The position numbers were made by a program, and so were the translations under genes. From Octopus sinensis (Eukaryota), in contig NC_043003.1 in NCBI RefSeq assembly GCF_006345805.1, positions 27,838,001 through 27,902,000 on the forward strand: DNA of 64,000 bases. The letters run 5' to 3'. Each line of letters starts with the position of its first letter. The first letter of the stretch is position 1. The notes under the pieces are model-generated. The model did no database searches and was not told the origin of the DNA. It saw nothing but the letters and a program-made list of their open reading frames with translations. Shown here one piece after another: positions 50,633 through 62,669 of the stretch.

Positions 50633-53331
50633 CCAGCACCGCCTTGACTGGCTTCCGTGCCAGTGGCACGTAAAAAGCACCAATCCGATCTTGGTCATAG
50701 CCAGCCTCGCCTGGCACCTGTGCGGGTGGCACGTAAAAAGCAGCCACTACACTCACAGAGTGGTTGGCGTTAGGAAGGACATCCAGCTGTAGAAACACTG
50801 CCAGATCAGACTGGAACCTGGTGCAGCCTTCTGGTTTCCCAGATCCCCGGTTGAACCGTCCAACCCATGCTAGCATGGAGAACGGACGTTAAATGATGAT
50901 GATGATTCCTAGAAGAAAACCCGGACAAACTAGTGAAACTTAGATATATTTCTGCAAGCAACCTCCTACGTGAATGGGCTGTGTTGTCCTGAAGGTAAAA
51001 TTCTTTTCTGAATCATAGACTCCTAAGGCCAGTTTCCCAGTCTCTGTGGCATATATATATATATTCCCCACCTGGACGGGATGCCAGACTGAAGCAATGT
51101 AAAATGAAGTGTTTTGCTCAAGAACACTACGTGTCGCTCGGTCCAGGAATCGAAACCACCCTAACCAGTAAGCTACGCGTCTCCACAGGATGTTCTAGAA
51201 TATGATTTTAAAAAACCAGCCTTGAAATAGAAATAACTTCAAATGACCAAAGCCGCATTTACGTTTAAGGGGAAGCTACTCTTTCGACAAGTCTTGTAGT
51301 TATCTCGCTTATATTTCTTTCTATAAGCTTCTATTGTAATTTCGTTTTTTTTTCTTCTTTTGTTTGTGGTTTCATCTTTTGAAAAATAAGAACAAAATTT
51401 TTTGTAAGACTTTCTCAGATCATAATTATATAAATAGATAAATAAATAAATAAATTATTCACGACAATTTATTTAATAATTGTGGCTAATGCAGTTTCAC
51501 GCCTCTCCTTCAAGAATGCATAAAAAACATTTTTTCCCCTGATTCCTACGTTTTAAATGTCAGACAAATCGAAATTTAATATAGACAAAAAACATTGAAG
51601 TGAAAGGAATTTGCGTTTTACTTGTATTTGCATTAAACAATCGTAAAACTTTTTCCAGCCATTTGTTTATTTGTCTATCTAGTTATTTCCATCCGTTTCT
51701 CTCTATATATCTATCTCTTTTGACACATAACTATATGCTTATTGAATTTAACATTTTCAAAACTTGGTTTCTTGCATATTCGGATTCTCTGTCACCGAAA
51801 ACATAGGAACCAGCTGAAAAAAAAAAAAAAATTAAAAACGGAAACGTCTGTTTTGTGTGTGTGTGTGTGCATGTGATGGGGTGTGTGTGTGTGCATGTGA
51901 TGGGGTGTGTGACTGTGCATGAGGTCCGCCAGAGAGGCGGGTGAAGTTTGTAAAATTCAAAATTTGGAGAAGGGTAGGTTGAGGTGGGCATTTTAAAGTT
52001 GGAAAGGGTGGTTTAAAAAAAATCTTCAGCGGGTGGGGGTGGGGGTCTATGAAATTAAAAAATAATTTTTCTTTGCATATTCGTAAACTCCAACATCTAA
52101 AATGTAGGAATCTGAAAAAATATTTTCAAAAAAATGCATTTTTCAAGGAGCGGTGCGAAACTGCACTAAGCCCTCAATAATTATTACCATTCTCTTTGGT
52201 TTGAATTTGGTAATTGAATACTCAGTTTAAATTCACTTTGTAATGGTATAACCATTGATTGAGACGCATTTTATTTTTCTCCCTATTTTTCTGTCTTCAT
52301 ATGTTTTCACTCCTCATTCCATTCTGCAGAAGAGCTTGGACTCGAAATGTTAAAAACTTCTTGCATTTTTTCCTGAGTATCAAACTAATACACCCTGTTT
52401 GTTGTTCTTCGACATGTCTCTGTTTCTTTTGTAAATTTTTGAACAACACACACAATTCATAGCAACTTTGACTTGGCTCTATATGACTTAGTCTCATGGG
52501 CTTGTACAAGAAACCCATTTTGTCAGATATCCAGGTATGGAGCTGAGTCAAACTGTTATTAGATAATATAAACCCTACCAAATATGTTGAGTGCTACTTC
52601 CCTTAGTTTGTCCACTCCATAGCCAACCCTACTTAGTGCATAATAACATCATCTGTTATTATTCATTTGATTGTGTGTGTGTAAAACAAATAGAAAATTT
52701 TAAAAAAAACATAAGTAACAGAAAATTTGTAGCTAATTCCTCATCAGTCAATGTCTAAAAGATCATTACACTTTCATGCCTTCAATGTTGATATTGTTTA
52801 CCTTTGTGAACAATATCAACATTCCATGTAACTTAGCTGTTTGGCAAAACAGATCGATGGAATGAGTACTAGAGTTTAAAAAAAAAAATACTCCTGGATT
52901 TTATTTGTTTTACTAAAACCCTTCGAGCTGGTGCTCCAGAATGGTTGCAATTCAATGACTGAAATGAAGCAAAAGATGAAAAGTCTAAATTAATTGAATT
53001 AATTAAATTTGATTCTCTTATTCTTTTTACTTGTTTCAGTCAACCTTGAACACAAAGATACGCGAGCGCGCGCACACACACACACACGCAACACGCACAC
53101 ACATGATGGGCTTCTTTCAGTTTCCCTCTACAGATCCACTCAGAGAAGGCTTTAGTTGACCCAAGACTATAGTAGCAGACACTTGCCCAAGGTGCCACAC
53201 AGTGGGACTGAACCCAGAACCATGCGGTTGGGAAGCAAGCTTCTTACCACATAGCCACACTTGTGCCTAATAATAATAATAATGTGTGTGTATGTGTGCC
53301 ATTTTAATTTTTTTTTTTTCAATTAATACAG

Positions 53332-53481
53332 GAAAATGAAATCAACAAAATTGAAACTGAAATTGCAGCGTTGAAGAAGGGAGAGGTCATTGCAGGTGGA
53401 AGCATGGCATTACCACCAGAAGTAGAAGCACTTCAGTCAGAAAATGTTAAACTCCAGTACCAACTTGACCATTTGAAAAGT
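53332..53481 (+). CDS. RARS1: RARS1 coding exon 2 (N-terminal coiled-coil extension)
   Basis: acag|GAAAATGAA...AAAAGT|gtgagt; 150 nt; ENEINKIETEIAALKKG...LQSENVKLQYQLDHLKS. Confidence 0.92.
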
Positions 53482-53529
53482 GTGAGTTTCTTTTTATTTT
53501 CTTTCATCATCATCATCATCATCGTTTAA

Positions 53530-53741
53530 CCCTTTAGTGTTCACATTTTTCTGCCAAAATTAATGCTTTTTAATCCACATTGTTTTGAACTAATTATTCA
53601 TTAATCTTGTAGCTATGAGATTTTGATGAGGTAGCTGTTAATTTTTAAAACGATATTGTAGGGCTGGTGTGAGAGACCATATCTGGCCAGTTTGAACATA
53701 AAACAGGCAGAATACTTTTGGCGGGTTTAAATGCTAAAGGG
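53530..53741. mobile_element. piggyBac-type MITE inserted in a family C repeat
   Basis: TTAA|ccctttag...ctaaaggg|TTAA. Relatives near 48190-48420, 55125-55220 and 62900-63070. Confidence 0.85.
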
Positions 53742-54903
53742 TTAACGTCCGTTTTCCATGCTAGCATGGGTTGGATGGTTCAACTGGGGTCAGGGAAGCC
53801 AGAAGACTGCACCAGGCCCAGTCTGATCTGGCAGTGTTTCTACAGCTGGATGCCCTTCCTAACGCCAACTACTCCGTGAGTGTAGTGGGTACTTTTTATG
53901 TGCCACCTGCACAGGTACCAGACGAGGCTGGCAAACGGCCACGATTGGATGGTGCTTTTTATGTGCCACCGGCACGGGGGCCAGTCGAGGCTGGCAACGG
54001 CCACAATCGGATGGTGCTTTTTACGTGCCACCGGCACGGAGGCCTGTTTATTGATTCGGGTTGGATGAGTGTAACCCCACCCTCTTCATTGCTTTCTGGC
54101 TCCACTTGATCTCCCTCACTCTCTCCTAAAATGTGATTAGTTATGTAGCTCCTCTACAGCATGAAGCTTGTTCTGCTCTGGTCTCTTTTCTCATACGTTT
54201 AACCTATCTTTTGCCCATCATCTCCTAGCATGAAGTTCTCCCACTTGGGAAACTGCACGACAACCTCACTAGTGCTGGTGGTACAGAAAATGCACACAGT
54301 ACATGTCATAAATTGGTTAGTGTCAGGAAAAGCATCCAGCTGTAGAAATATACCAAATCAGACACTGGAATATGATGCAGTCCTTGAGCTCATCAGATCC
54401 TGTCAAATCATCTAACCCATGCCAGCCTGAATATGGATATTAAATAATAATGATGATGATGGTGGTGGCGCCGCCGCTGCTGCTGCTGCTGCATTCTAGA
54501 CTACATTAACCCATATGTTCTTCAATTTTCTTAAGACAATTGCTTGTAGGTATAAGGAAATTTGGCTGTTATTTCTAGCAGTTTGATAGACCACATTCAA
54601 GCTTCTTTGTTGGTTTGGGGGCATTTTATTTTTATTTTTATTTAGTCAGGCAAACTGAAGTAATCAAAGTTGGATGCCTTGGTCAAGAGCATAAATAAGA
54701 CACTGAGATTCTGAGAAAGCCTGCAAATATCAGAGATGCTGTCTTTCAGACGAAAGACATAAAAAAAAGGACGAAAAACAGCAAAACCACAAAAGATTTG
54801 AACTTTAGGCTTCATGATCAGTAATCCAGCACCTTATCCACATAGCTAATTGTACTGATTTTGCATATCTTTAATTTCTCTGCCTCTCTCTCTTTTTGTT
54901 CAG

Positions 54904-55095
54904 AGTTTTGCCAAGGAGCAGATGAAAGAAAGTAACCACATGATATGTCTAAATGTTCTCATGGAGCAGATCTTTGCCCTTGCTATTCAAGATGCTTATC
55001 CTGATCTGGGTTCTGAAGCCCCTGTCATGCTCACTCCTACCAATAAACCCAACTTTGGCGATTACCAATGCAACAGTGCCATGAGTATTTGCCAG
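54904..55095 (+). CDS. RARS1: RARS1 coding exon 3
   Basis: cag|AGTTTT...TGCCAG|gtaagt; 192 nt; ...AIQDAYPDL...FGDYQCNSAMSICQ. Confidence 0.97.
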
Positions 55096-55685
55096 GTAAG
55101 TACCCAGTGTTACTTTTTTTAAACCCTTTAGCATTCGATTTACTGTCAACTGTAATACTTACTTATTCGCATTGTTTTGAATTAATCATGCATTATCTCA
55201 TAGCTTTGAGATTTTGGTGATATGATTATATACATACACTGGTGTAGGTATGGCTGTGTGGTAAGAAGCTTGCTTCCCAACCACATGGTTCTGAGTTCAG
55301 TCCCACTATGTTGTACCTTAGACAAGTTTCTTCTGCTATAGCCTCGAGCTAACCAAAGCCTTGTGGGTGGAATTGGTAGACAGAACTGAAAGACGTCTAT
55401 TGAACACGCACACACACGCATGCACGCATATAACGTGAGTTCATGGCTGTTTCCTGCACCAGTTTTGCATAGCCGCCCCAGCCCATCCAAAGTACCTTGG
55501 ATTGCAGAACGACCTGCTGTGCTTATACGACGGGCTTCTTTCAGTTTCCGTCTACCAAATCCACTCACAAGGCTTTGGTCGGCCCGAGGCTATAGTAGAA
55601 GACACTTGCCCAAGGTACCACGCAGTGGGACTGAACCCGGAACCATGTGGTTGGTAAGCAAGCTACTTACCACACAGCCACTCCT

Positions 55686-55962
55686 ATATATAATATATGT
55701 ATATAATTTAGAGAAAAACCACTATTAAACAATTCAATAAAGATGTTATTCACACCATATAGAAAAAAATATACTATAAAAAAATTTTATTTTTAATCAA
55801 TAAAGTACAACAAATAGCAAACTGTTTACTATTTATTGTACTTTATTGATTTAAAATAAAGTTTTTTTATAGTATGTTTTTTCTATATGGTGTGAATAAC
55901 ATCTTTCTTTATTGAATTGTTTAATAGTGGTTTTTCTCTAAATTTTATACATATATTATATA
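55686..55962. repeat. AT-rich fold-back (~130-bp arms) in RARS1 intron 3
   Basis: tttagagaaaaaccactattaaacaattcaataa... pairs with ...ttattgaattgtttaatagtggtttttctctaaa. Confidence 0.88.
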
Positions 55963-56308
55963 TTGTGAAACTCGATGTAAAATTGTTAAATTGAATTCTT
56001 CCCTGTAAGTTTTGGAATTATATTCCCTACTATTATTATTATTATTATTATTATTATGTATATATATATATATATATCGTTGTGTGTGTTCTTGTCTTTG
56101 TTTGTCCCCTGCCACTGCTTGACAACCCGCGTTTGTGTGTTCTTGTTCTTGTAACTTAGTGGTTCAACAAAAGAATTTAATAGAATAAGTACCAGGCTTA
56201 AGGAAATAAGTCCTGTGGTCAATTCATTTGACTAAAAATTCTTCAAGGCAGTGCCCCAGCATGGCTGCAGTTTAATGACTGAAACAAGTAAAAAATAAAA
56301 GAAAGATA

Positions 56309-57113
56309 TTGGGTTGGCAAGAAAGTAATTTCGTTTTTCACAAATAAAATTACAATTCTCCTGAATGACTTTTGTCAGTGTTATCATTTTTTCCCTTTTG
56401 ACATTTGATAGCCATTACTTTTAGCTTACTTAGCTTACATGCATTGAAGTCTACCTTTTTTTGAAATGAATCATCACTGTTGATGAAAAATGAATTGTCT
56501 ATAATAACATTAATTGAAAACGACCATGGTCCAAGCATAATGAACCAGCATAAACAAATTCAAAAGCTGAATTGCATCAAAAAAAGGTCGTGCTGTCAAT
56601 TTGGTGGGATTACAAAGGTGTTGTGTATTTTGAGCTGCTTCTAAGGAACCAAATGATTAAGTCAGATGCTTACTGTCAACAACTAATGAACTTGGAGGAA
56701 GCAATCAAAGAAAAACAGCAAGAATTGGCAAATTGTGAAGGAATTGTGTTCCATCATGACAACACTAGACCACACACGTCCTTGCTAACTCATGAAAAAT
56801 TATTGTAGCTTGGTTGGGAAGTGATGTCACTGACCTTGCACCATCAGATTACCATTTATTTCGAAGTTTGCAAAATTCTTTGAATGGTAAAACTTTCAAT
56901 AATGATGATGACCTGAAATTGCACTTGCTTCAGTTTTTGGCTGATAAGGACCAGAAGTTCTATGACCATGGAATCATGAAGTTGCCAGAAAGATGGCAAA
57001 AGGTCATGGAACAAAATGGAAAATTTATAATTGATTAAAATTCATTCTTTGTATGAAAAATAATGATGTTTATTTCACACACAAAAATCGAAATTACTTT
57101 CTTGCCAACCCAG
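56309..57113 (+). mobile_element. Internally deleted mariner element (catalytic C-terminal half)
   Basis: TA|ttgggttggcaagaaagtaatttcg...cgaaattactttcttgccaacccag|TA; HDNTRPH, DLAPSDYHLF; internal stop. Confidence 0.92.
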
Positions 57114-57708
57114 TATATGCATAGGCACAAGCATGACTGTGTGGTAAGAAGCTTGCTGCCTTACCACATGGTTCCAGGTTCAGTCCCACTGCATGGCACC
57201 TTGGGCAACTGTCTTCTACTAGAACCACAGGCTGACCAAAGCCTTGTGAGTAGGTTTATTAGACGGAAACTGAAAGAAGCCCATTATATGTGTGCGTGTG
57301 TATATGTATGTACATATCTGCATGTGTGTGTACCTTTGTGTCTGTATTTGACCTCACCCCACCACTGCTTGACAACTAGTGTTGGTGTGTTTATGTCCTT
57401 GTAACTTAGCAGTTCAGCTTAAGAGATCGATAAAATAAGTACTAGGCTTACAAAGAATAAATCAGTTTGTTCGACCAAAACCATTCAAGGCACTGCTCCA
57501 GCCTGGCTGTAATCAAGTAAAAGAATAAAAGAATATATATATGGCAGTGACTAGAACAAGGTTTGAAATTGTGATGTTGTGGTTCTCTAATCCAATATCA
57601 GAACCTTTTGGTGACCACCTCTATCCACGTCTTAGCATTCTAGCTTTATATATATTTTATTGCAAAACTCTCAATCAGTAATATTCTTGTTACATTTTCT
57701 GCTTTCAG

Positions 57709-57798
57709 CTGCTGAAGAGTAAAGGTGTAAAAGTTAATCCAAGGGAAGTGGCCCAAAATATCTTGAACCATCTCCAGAAAACAGAATATATCGAAAAG
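57709..57798 (+). CDS. RARS1: RARS1 coding exon 4
   Basis: ttcag|CTGCTG...GAAAAG|gtcagt; 90 nt; LLKSKGVKVNPREVAQNILNHLQKTEYIEK. Confidence 0.95.
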
Positions 57799-58020
57799 GT
57801 CAGTTTATATCAAATATGGGCATTGAAAATTACAACAGTGGAGGTTGTTGGTATATGGCGTAGTGGTTAAGAGTGCAGGCATATGGCATAGTGGTTAAGA
57901 GCGTGGGCTACAAACCCCAAGATTCTGAGATTGATTCCAGGCAGTGACCTGAATAATAATAATTTTAACAGCATTGAAAAATACCTTAGGAACGAGAACC
58001 CAGGTTCGAAATTTCCCCAA

Positions 58021-58066
58021 GACACCTGATGAAGTCTGGAGGGTATATCAGCTGAAACGTTGTGTT
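58021..58066 (+). ncRNA. Minimal type I hammerhead ribozyme in a Penelope pLTR fragment (57970-58120), RARS1 intron 4
   Basis: GACAC CUGAUGA A GUCUG-loop-CAGCU GAA ACGU U GUGUU; intact core, palindromic ACGU stem III, weakened stem II. Confidence 0.7.
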
Positions 58067-58639
58067 AACAACAAACAAGATGAGGACAAATATCCGTCAA
58101 ATGTAAATAATGAAAATAATGAAGTTGTTGGTAGTTCAGATTTTGTAGTTATGACAATCATAAACTTTTTTGAGACAAAGTATATCTAGGACACTACTGT
58201 GTAATGTGCCATTGACTTTTTCTTTTTAAGATAGTAGAGTATGATTTGAAGAAGATTTGGTTGTTGCTTCTTCCAGTTTGAGTGACAATATAGAGGGGCA
58301 CAAATTAGTTTAAAGATGGTCGTGAACCATCATCATCATCATCATTTAACGTCCGTTCTCCATGCTAGCATGGGTTGGACGGTTCGACTGGGGATCTGGG
58401 AAGCCAGAAGGCTGCACCAGGCTCCAGTCTGATCTGGCAGTGTTTCTACAGCTGGATGCCCTTCCTAATACCAACCATTCCGTGAGTGTAGTGGGTGCTT
58501 TTTACGAATGTTGGGTAATAACCTAAAATGTAAGATTGTAAATACAAACAGCGAAAATGGGGCCCCTCTGAAGGATCTCTGAAGTAATGTTACTTGACAG
58601 TGCAGGGCTTGGAGATCAGGAAGGCTCTCCAGCTCAAAC

Positions 58640-58870
58640 TACTCTGTTGATGTTTCAGCACTACAGACATGTGATTAGAAAGTCGAAAGAAAGAATCACA
58701 AGATGGATTCATCGAGCTAAGCCAATTGGCAGCAGACCTAAGGGTTGACTAAGAATGAGATGGTTGCTTAATATCCATAATCTCACTTTGTCACACTTGG
58801 GAATCCAGCAAGAAAGTCTAATGACTGTTGTTGCTGATAGGACCTTATGGAGGACCCTACTACCATGACC
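58640..58870 (+). mobile_element. Degenerate 3' end of another RTE-like LINE
   Basis: ...RHVIRKSKERITRWIHRAKPIGSRPKG*LRMRW...DRTLWR. Confidence 0.55.
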
Positions 58871-59817
58871 CTTCCAGTAACAGTTGGCAAAGATTGATGG
58901 GTGAATAGATGTTGTTTAGCCCTGGGTTAGCCTTGTTTGGGTAAATGTATGATCAGAAGTCTTCCTCTGTCTTTTATTCTAGCTTTGTGTATCTTAGCCT
59001 ACATTATCTAGTGGCGTACAAACAACAGATTATATCCATCAAAAAACCCTGGCAGGCCTGTTCAGGTTACCAACCACACCATAGCAAAGCACAATAGAAC
59101 TACAAAAAACACAAAACATGGTACTAAACGTCAGAACAGGCTGTACACAGACCACACTTATAGATTGCTTATAGAAGGAAGTACAAATTGGACATATGAC
59201 ACACACACACCAAAGATGACCTGAAGGCAAGGATTATGGCAGCATTCACTAACTTAAACAAGGTGACCATCCAGAAGATTTGCAAGAGATTCCAAAGTCA
59301 TCTGGAGGCCATGCCTAAAGCCAATGGCGATTTTATTGAATAAATTTATTCTTTAGTATTTGTTATTGTTTGGTTTGGGTTTAAAAGTTCAAATATGAAA
59401 TTTTGGTGGAAGGTCTTAATTTAGATCACTATCATCATCATTTAGCATCTGTTTTTCATGCTGGTGTGGGTTGGATGATTTGACAGGAGCTGGCAAGTCA
59501 GAGAGTTGCACCAGACTGTTTGGCATGGTTTCTATAGCTGGATGTTCTTCCTATAGCCAAGCACTTTACAGTGTGTAGTGGGTGCTTTTTTTACATGGCA
59601 CCAGTACGGGTGCTTTTTATGTGGCAATATATCTAAACACACAAGTGTGTACATATTCATTGCTTTTAAAAATATTAATTAAAACTATTACTTTGAAACT
59701 TACTTATACAACAATGAAGTTTAAAATAGGAGATTTGTGGTGGCCATGGTGGGGATTGGCATCAAAAGAGTTAAAGTTACTGAAACCTGTCTTTTGGCAT
59801 TATGTTTGTTTGATTAG

Positions 59818-59996
59818 ACGGACATAGCTGGCCCAGGATTCATCAACATCTTTTTGGCTAAGAATTATGTATCAAAGCAGATCAGCAAACTTTTAAAGAA
59901 TGGAGTCCAGCCGCCTTACATTGCCAAAAAGTGTAATGTTGTCATTGACTTCTCATCTCCAAATATTGCCAAGGAAATGCATGTTGGACATCTCAG
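59818..59996 (+). CDS. RARS1: RARS1 coding exon 5 (class I HIGH motif)
   Basis: ttag|ACGGAC...CTCAG|gtaagt; 179 nt; IAGPGFINI...[19 protein letters not shown]. Confidence 0.97.
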
Positions 59997-60480
59997 GTAA
60001 GTTTATTATTGTTTTTAGTCATGTTTGTTTGTTTGTCTGTCTGTGGGCAAGATATCGCAAGAACCACTGGATGGATTTGCATAAAACTTTCAGGGATGTT
60101 TGGCCTCATGACTGGCATGAACTGATTATATTTTGAGATTTTGGGATTGATCCGGTACCAGACAAAGATTCTGGATTATATTTCCTGCTTTTTCACTTAA
60201 TTTTTGAGAGCGATCAGGTTATTTTTTAGTATTCTTGTTTGTGAGAGCAGTCGAGTTTATTTCAGATTTTTTTCATTTTTAAGATCATCTCTGGCTAATC
60301 GTTGCCTTGGTGGAGGTTTGCGCTCTCTGAGTGCTCTTATTATTATTGTTGTTATAATTAGGACGCATAGCCTAGTGGTTAAGGTTTTGCACTCAGATCA
60401 TGAGATCATGGTTTCAATTCCTGGACCAGGTGATGCACGGTGTTCTTGAGTAAACACTTCATCTCATTGCTCTGCAATTA

Positions 60481-61046
60481 TTGGGTTGCCCGGAAAGCTC
60501 GTGCCGATTTTTAAAGGAAAGAAAAAGGTCAATAAATACTTGCTATTACCCAAGCTTTACCAGGTGCTCATTAACGACGGATTTTGATAGGTTGAGGCTT
60601 TCTGCCAATTCTCGGGCTGTGCAATATGGGTTATTCTCAATTAATGACTTGATTTGGTCATCAGGATGGTCTGCTTGATCGCTCTTTATCAATAAGGCTA
60701 CAATCTCCAGCTCGGAACCTTGCGAACCACTTCCGTACAGTTCTTTTGGATAAAGAAACATCACCATAAACTGCGCATATTTCTTTGGTTGCTTGTGAGG
60801 CATTTTTCCCTTTATGGAAAAAGAAAAGCATCAAGTGCTGAAAATGAACTTTCTTATCTTCCATTTTAAAGGGTTACAGAATTAACACAGGTTATAGGAA
60901 TATAAGCCTTCTTCCACGAAAAGATAGCTTAAACTACGCTCTAAATGAAGGTGTAGTCAAATTCTATTTTATGGACTCAAACATGTTCTAAAATAAGTCG
61001 AAAGGTAAGCTACTATAAATCGGCACAAACTTTCCGGACAACCCAA
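60481..61046 (-). mobile_element. Internally deleted mariner element (HTH half)
   Basis: TA|ttgggttgcccggaaag...ctttccggacaacccaa|TA; MEDKKVHFQHLMLFFF...TVRKWFARFRAGD. Confidence 0.92.
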
Positions 61047-61189
61047 TACTTTGACACTTGATGCCTGGTCCCATTCAGATAATATCAATTTAATGGCGAG
61101 AGTAAGCTAAAGTGTGGCATGAACATTTGATCACTGCGCAGGTTGGTTGTTTGGCAAAAGCTGAATGTTCTAACGTCTTTGACAGGAGA

Positions 61190-61580
61190 GTTCATCATTA
61201 TTATTCAGCTGTCTTATTTTATCATGTACTTCCATTGCACTACTGAGTGCAGCTCTGTGTGCCTTGGGTATGTGCTGTGGTTTGTTGTAATTCTCTCATT
61301 TTGACTGTATTGAAAGTGTTTTACATAGGGTGTGTGCTGTGCCTAGTAATGCTATTTTCTGTATGTTATATTTTAATAAGTCCTGGTATTTTGGTTATGT
61401 ATTTGTCTGTATGTTTTTTAATCATACCTAATGCACCTATTATTATAGGGATTGTTTCTGTCTTTAGGCTCCACATTCAAGTTATTTCTGTTTCCAAATC
61501 TATTTTGAGAGTTTCTCCATTTCTTTTAGAGATACATTATCATCGGTTGGGATTGACACATCAATTAAAAGGCATTATTA
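61190..61580 (-). mobile_element. R4/Dong 3' fragment
   Basis: Homologous to 25121-25500; bounded by short (TAT)n runs. Confidence 0.8.
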
Positions 61581-62629
61581 TTATTCTGCCAGGTTTGACT
61601 TTACCTTTCATCCTTTCGTGGTTGATAAAATAATTACCTGTTGAGAACTGGGGTCGGTGTAATGGACCAATCCTCTCCCCCAAATTTCAAGCCTTGTGCC
61701 TATAGTAGAAAGGATTATTATTATTATTATTAAAGCAGCAAGCTGGTAGAATTGTAAGCACAACAAGCAAAATGTTTAGTGGTATTTTGTCCATCTTTAC
61801 ATTCTGAGTTCAAGTTTTCTGAGGTTGACTTCGCCTTTCATCCTTTTGGGGTCGATAAAATAAGTACCAGTTGATTAGTGGGGTAGATGTAATCAACTAG
61901 TTCCCTACCCCAAAATTACTGGCCTTGTGCCAAAATTTGAAATAATAATAATAATAATAATAATAATAATTATTGTTGTCGTTGTTGTTGTTATTAGTAG
62001 TAGTAGTATCATCATCATCATCATCATCTACTCTGCTGAAAAAATGTTTTGCAGCATTTCTTCTGATTTTCCATTCTGAGTTCAAATGCCACTGAGGTCA
62101 ACTTTGCCTTTCACCCTTTCAGGGTCAATAGAATAAGTACCAGTTGAGCACTGAGGTCGATGTTAAGGTGTGGTATTGTATGGCAGTGAATATATAGTTG
62201 TGAGCTATTGTGTGACAGTAATGTTAGAAGTATGGAATAATATGAAAGTGAAAGTATACTTTCGAGATATTCAATGTCTGAATGTAGAAGTATGGTATTA
62301 TGTGGTAGGGAAGATATTGTTGTCAGTTATTATGTGGTGCTGGAGGTGGTGATATTGTGTGGGAGTGAGGAAATATCATCATCATCATCATCATCATCAT
62401 CAGCAATAGCATTTTTATTGTCACTTTTCCATACTTGGATGGAGTTTATTGAAGCAGATTTTCTATGGCTGGTTGCCCTTTCTATCATCGACTCTCACCC
62501 GTTTCCAAGCAAGGTAATAATTTCCCCATTGCCAGATGTGTTTGCGCAGAGAATGGGAAATCAGTGACACCTTGTGTATGACAGTGACAATCGTTTACGA
62601 CTGTCACATGATGTCAAAACAAGGAGACA

Positions 62630-62669
<40 letters not shown>

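Noticed and set aside
50975-50996. Alternative RARS1 first exon (ATGGGC...AAG|gtaaaa)
   Set aside because: The peptide MGCVVLK has no resemblance to RARS1 N-termini; the 36199 exon fits in length, phase and sequence.
51700-51820. Exon-like minus-strand segment (tttttcag|ctggttcc..., AGSYVFGDRESEYARNQVLKMLNSISI*)
   Set aside because: No partner exons or recognisable homology; the poly-T plus flanks look like part of a non-autonomous DNA element. RNA-seq would settle it.
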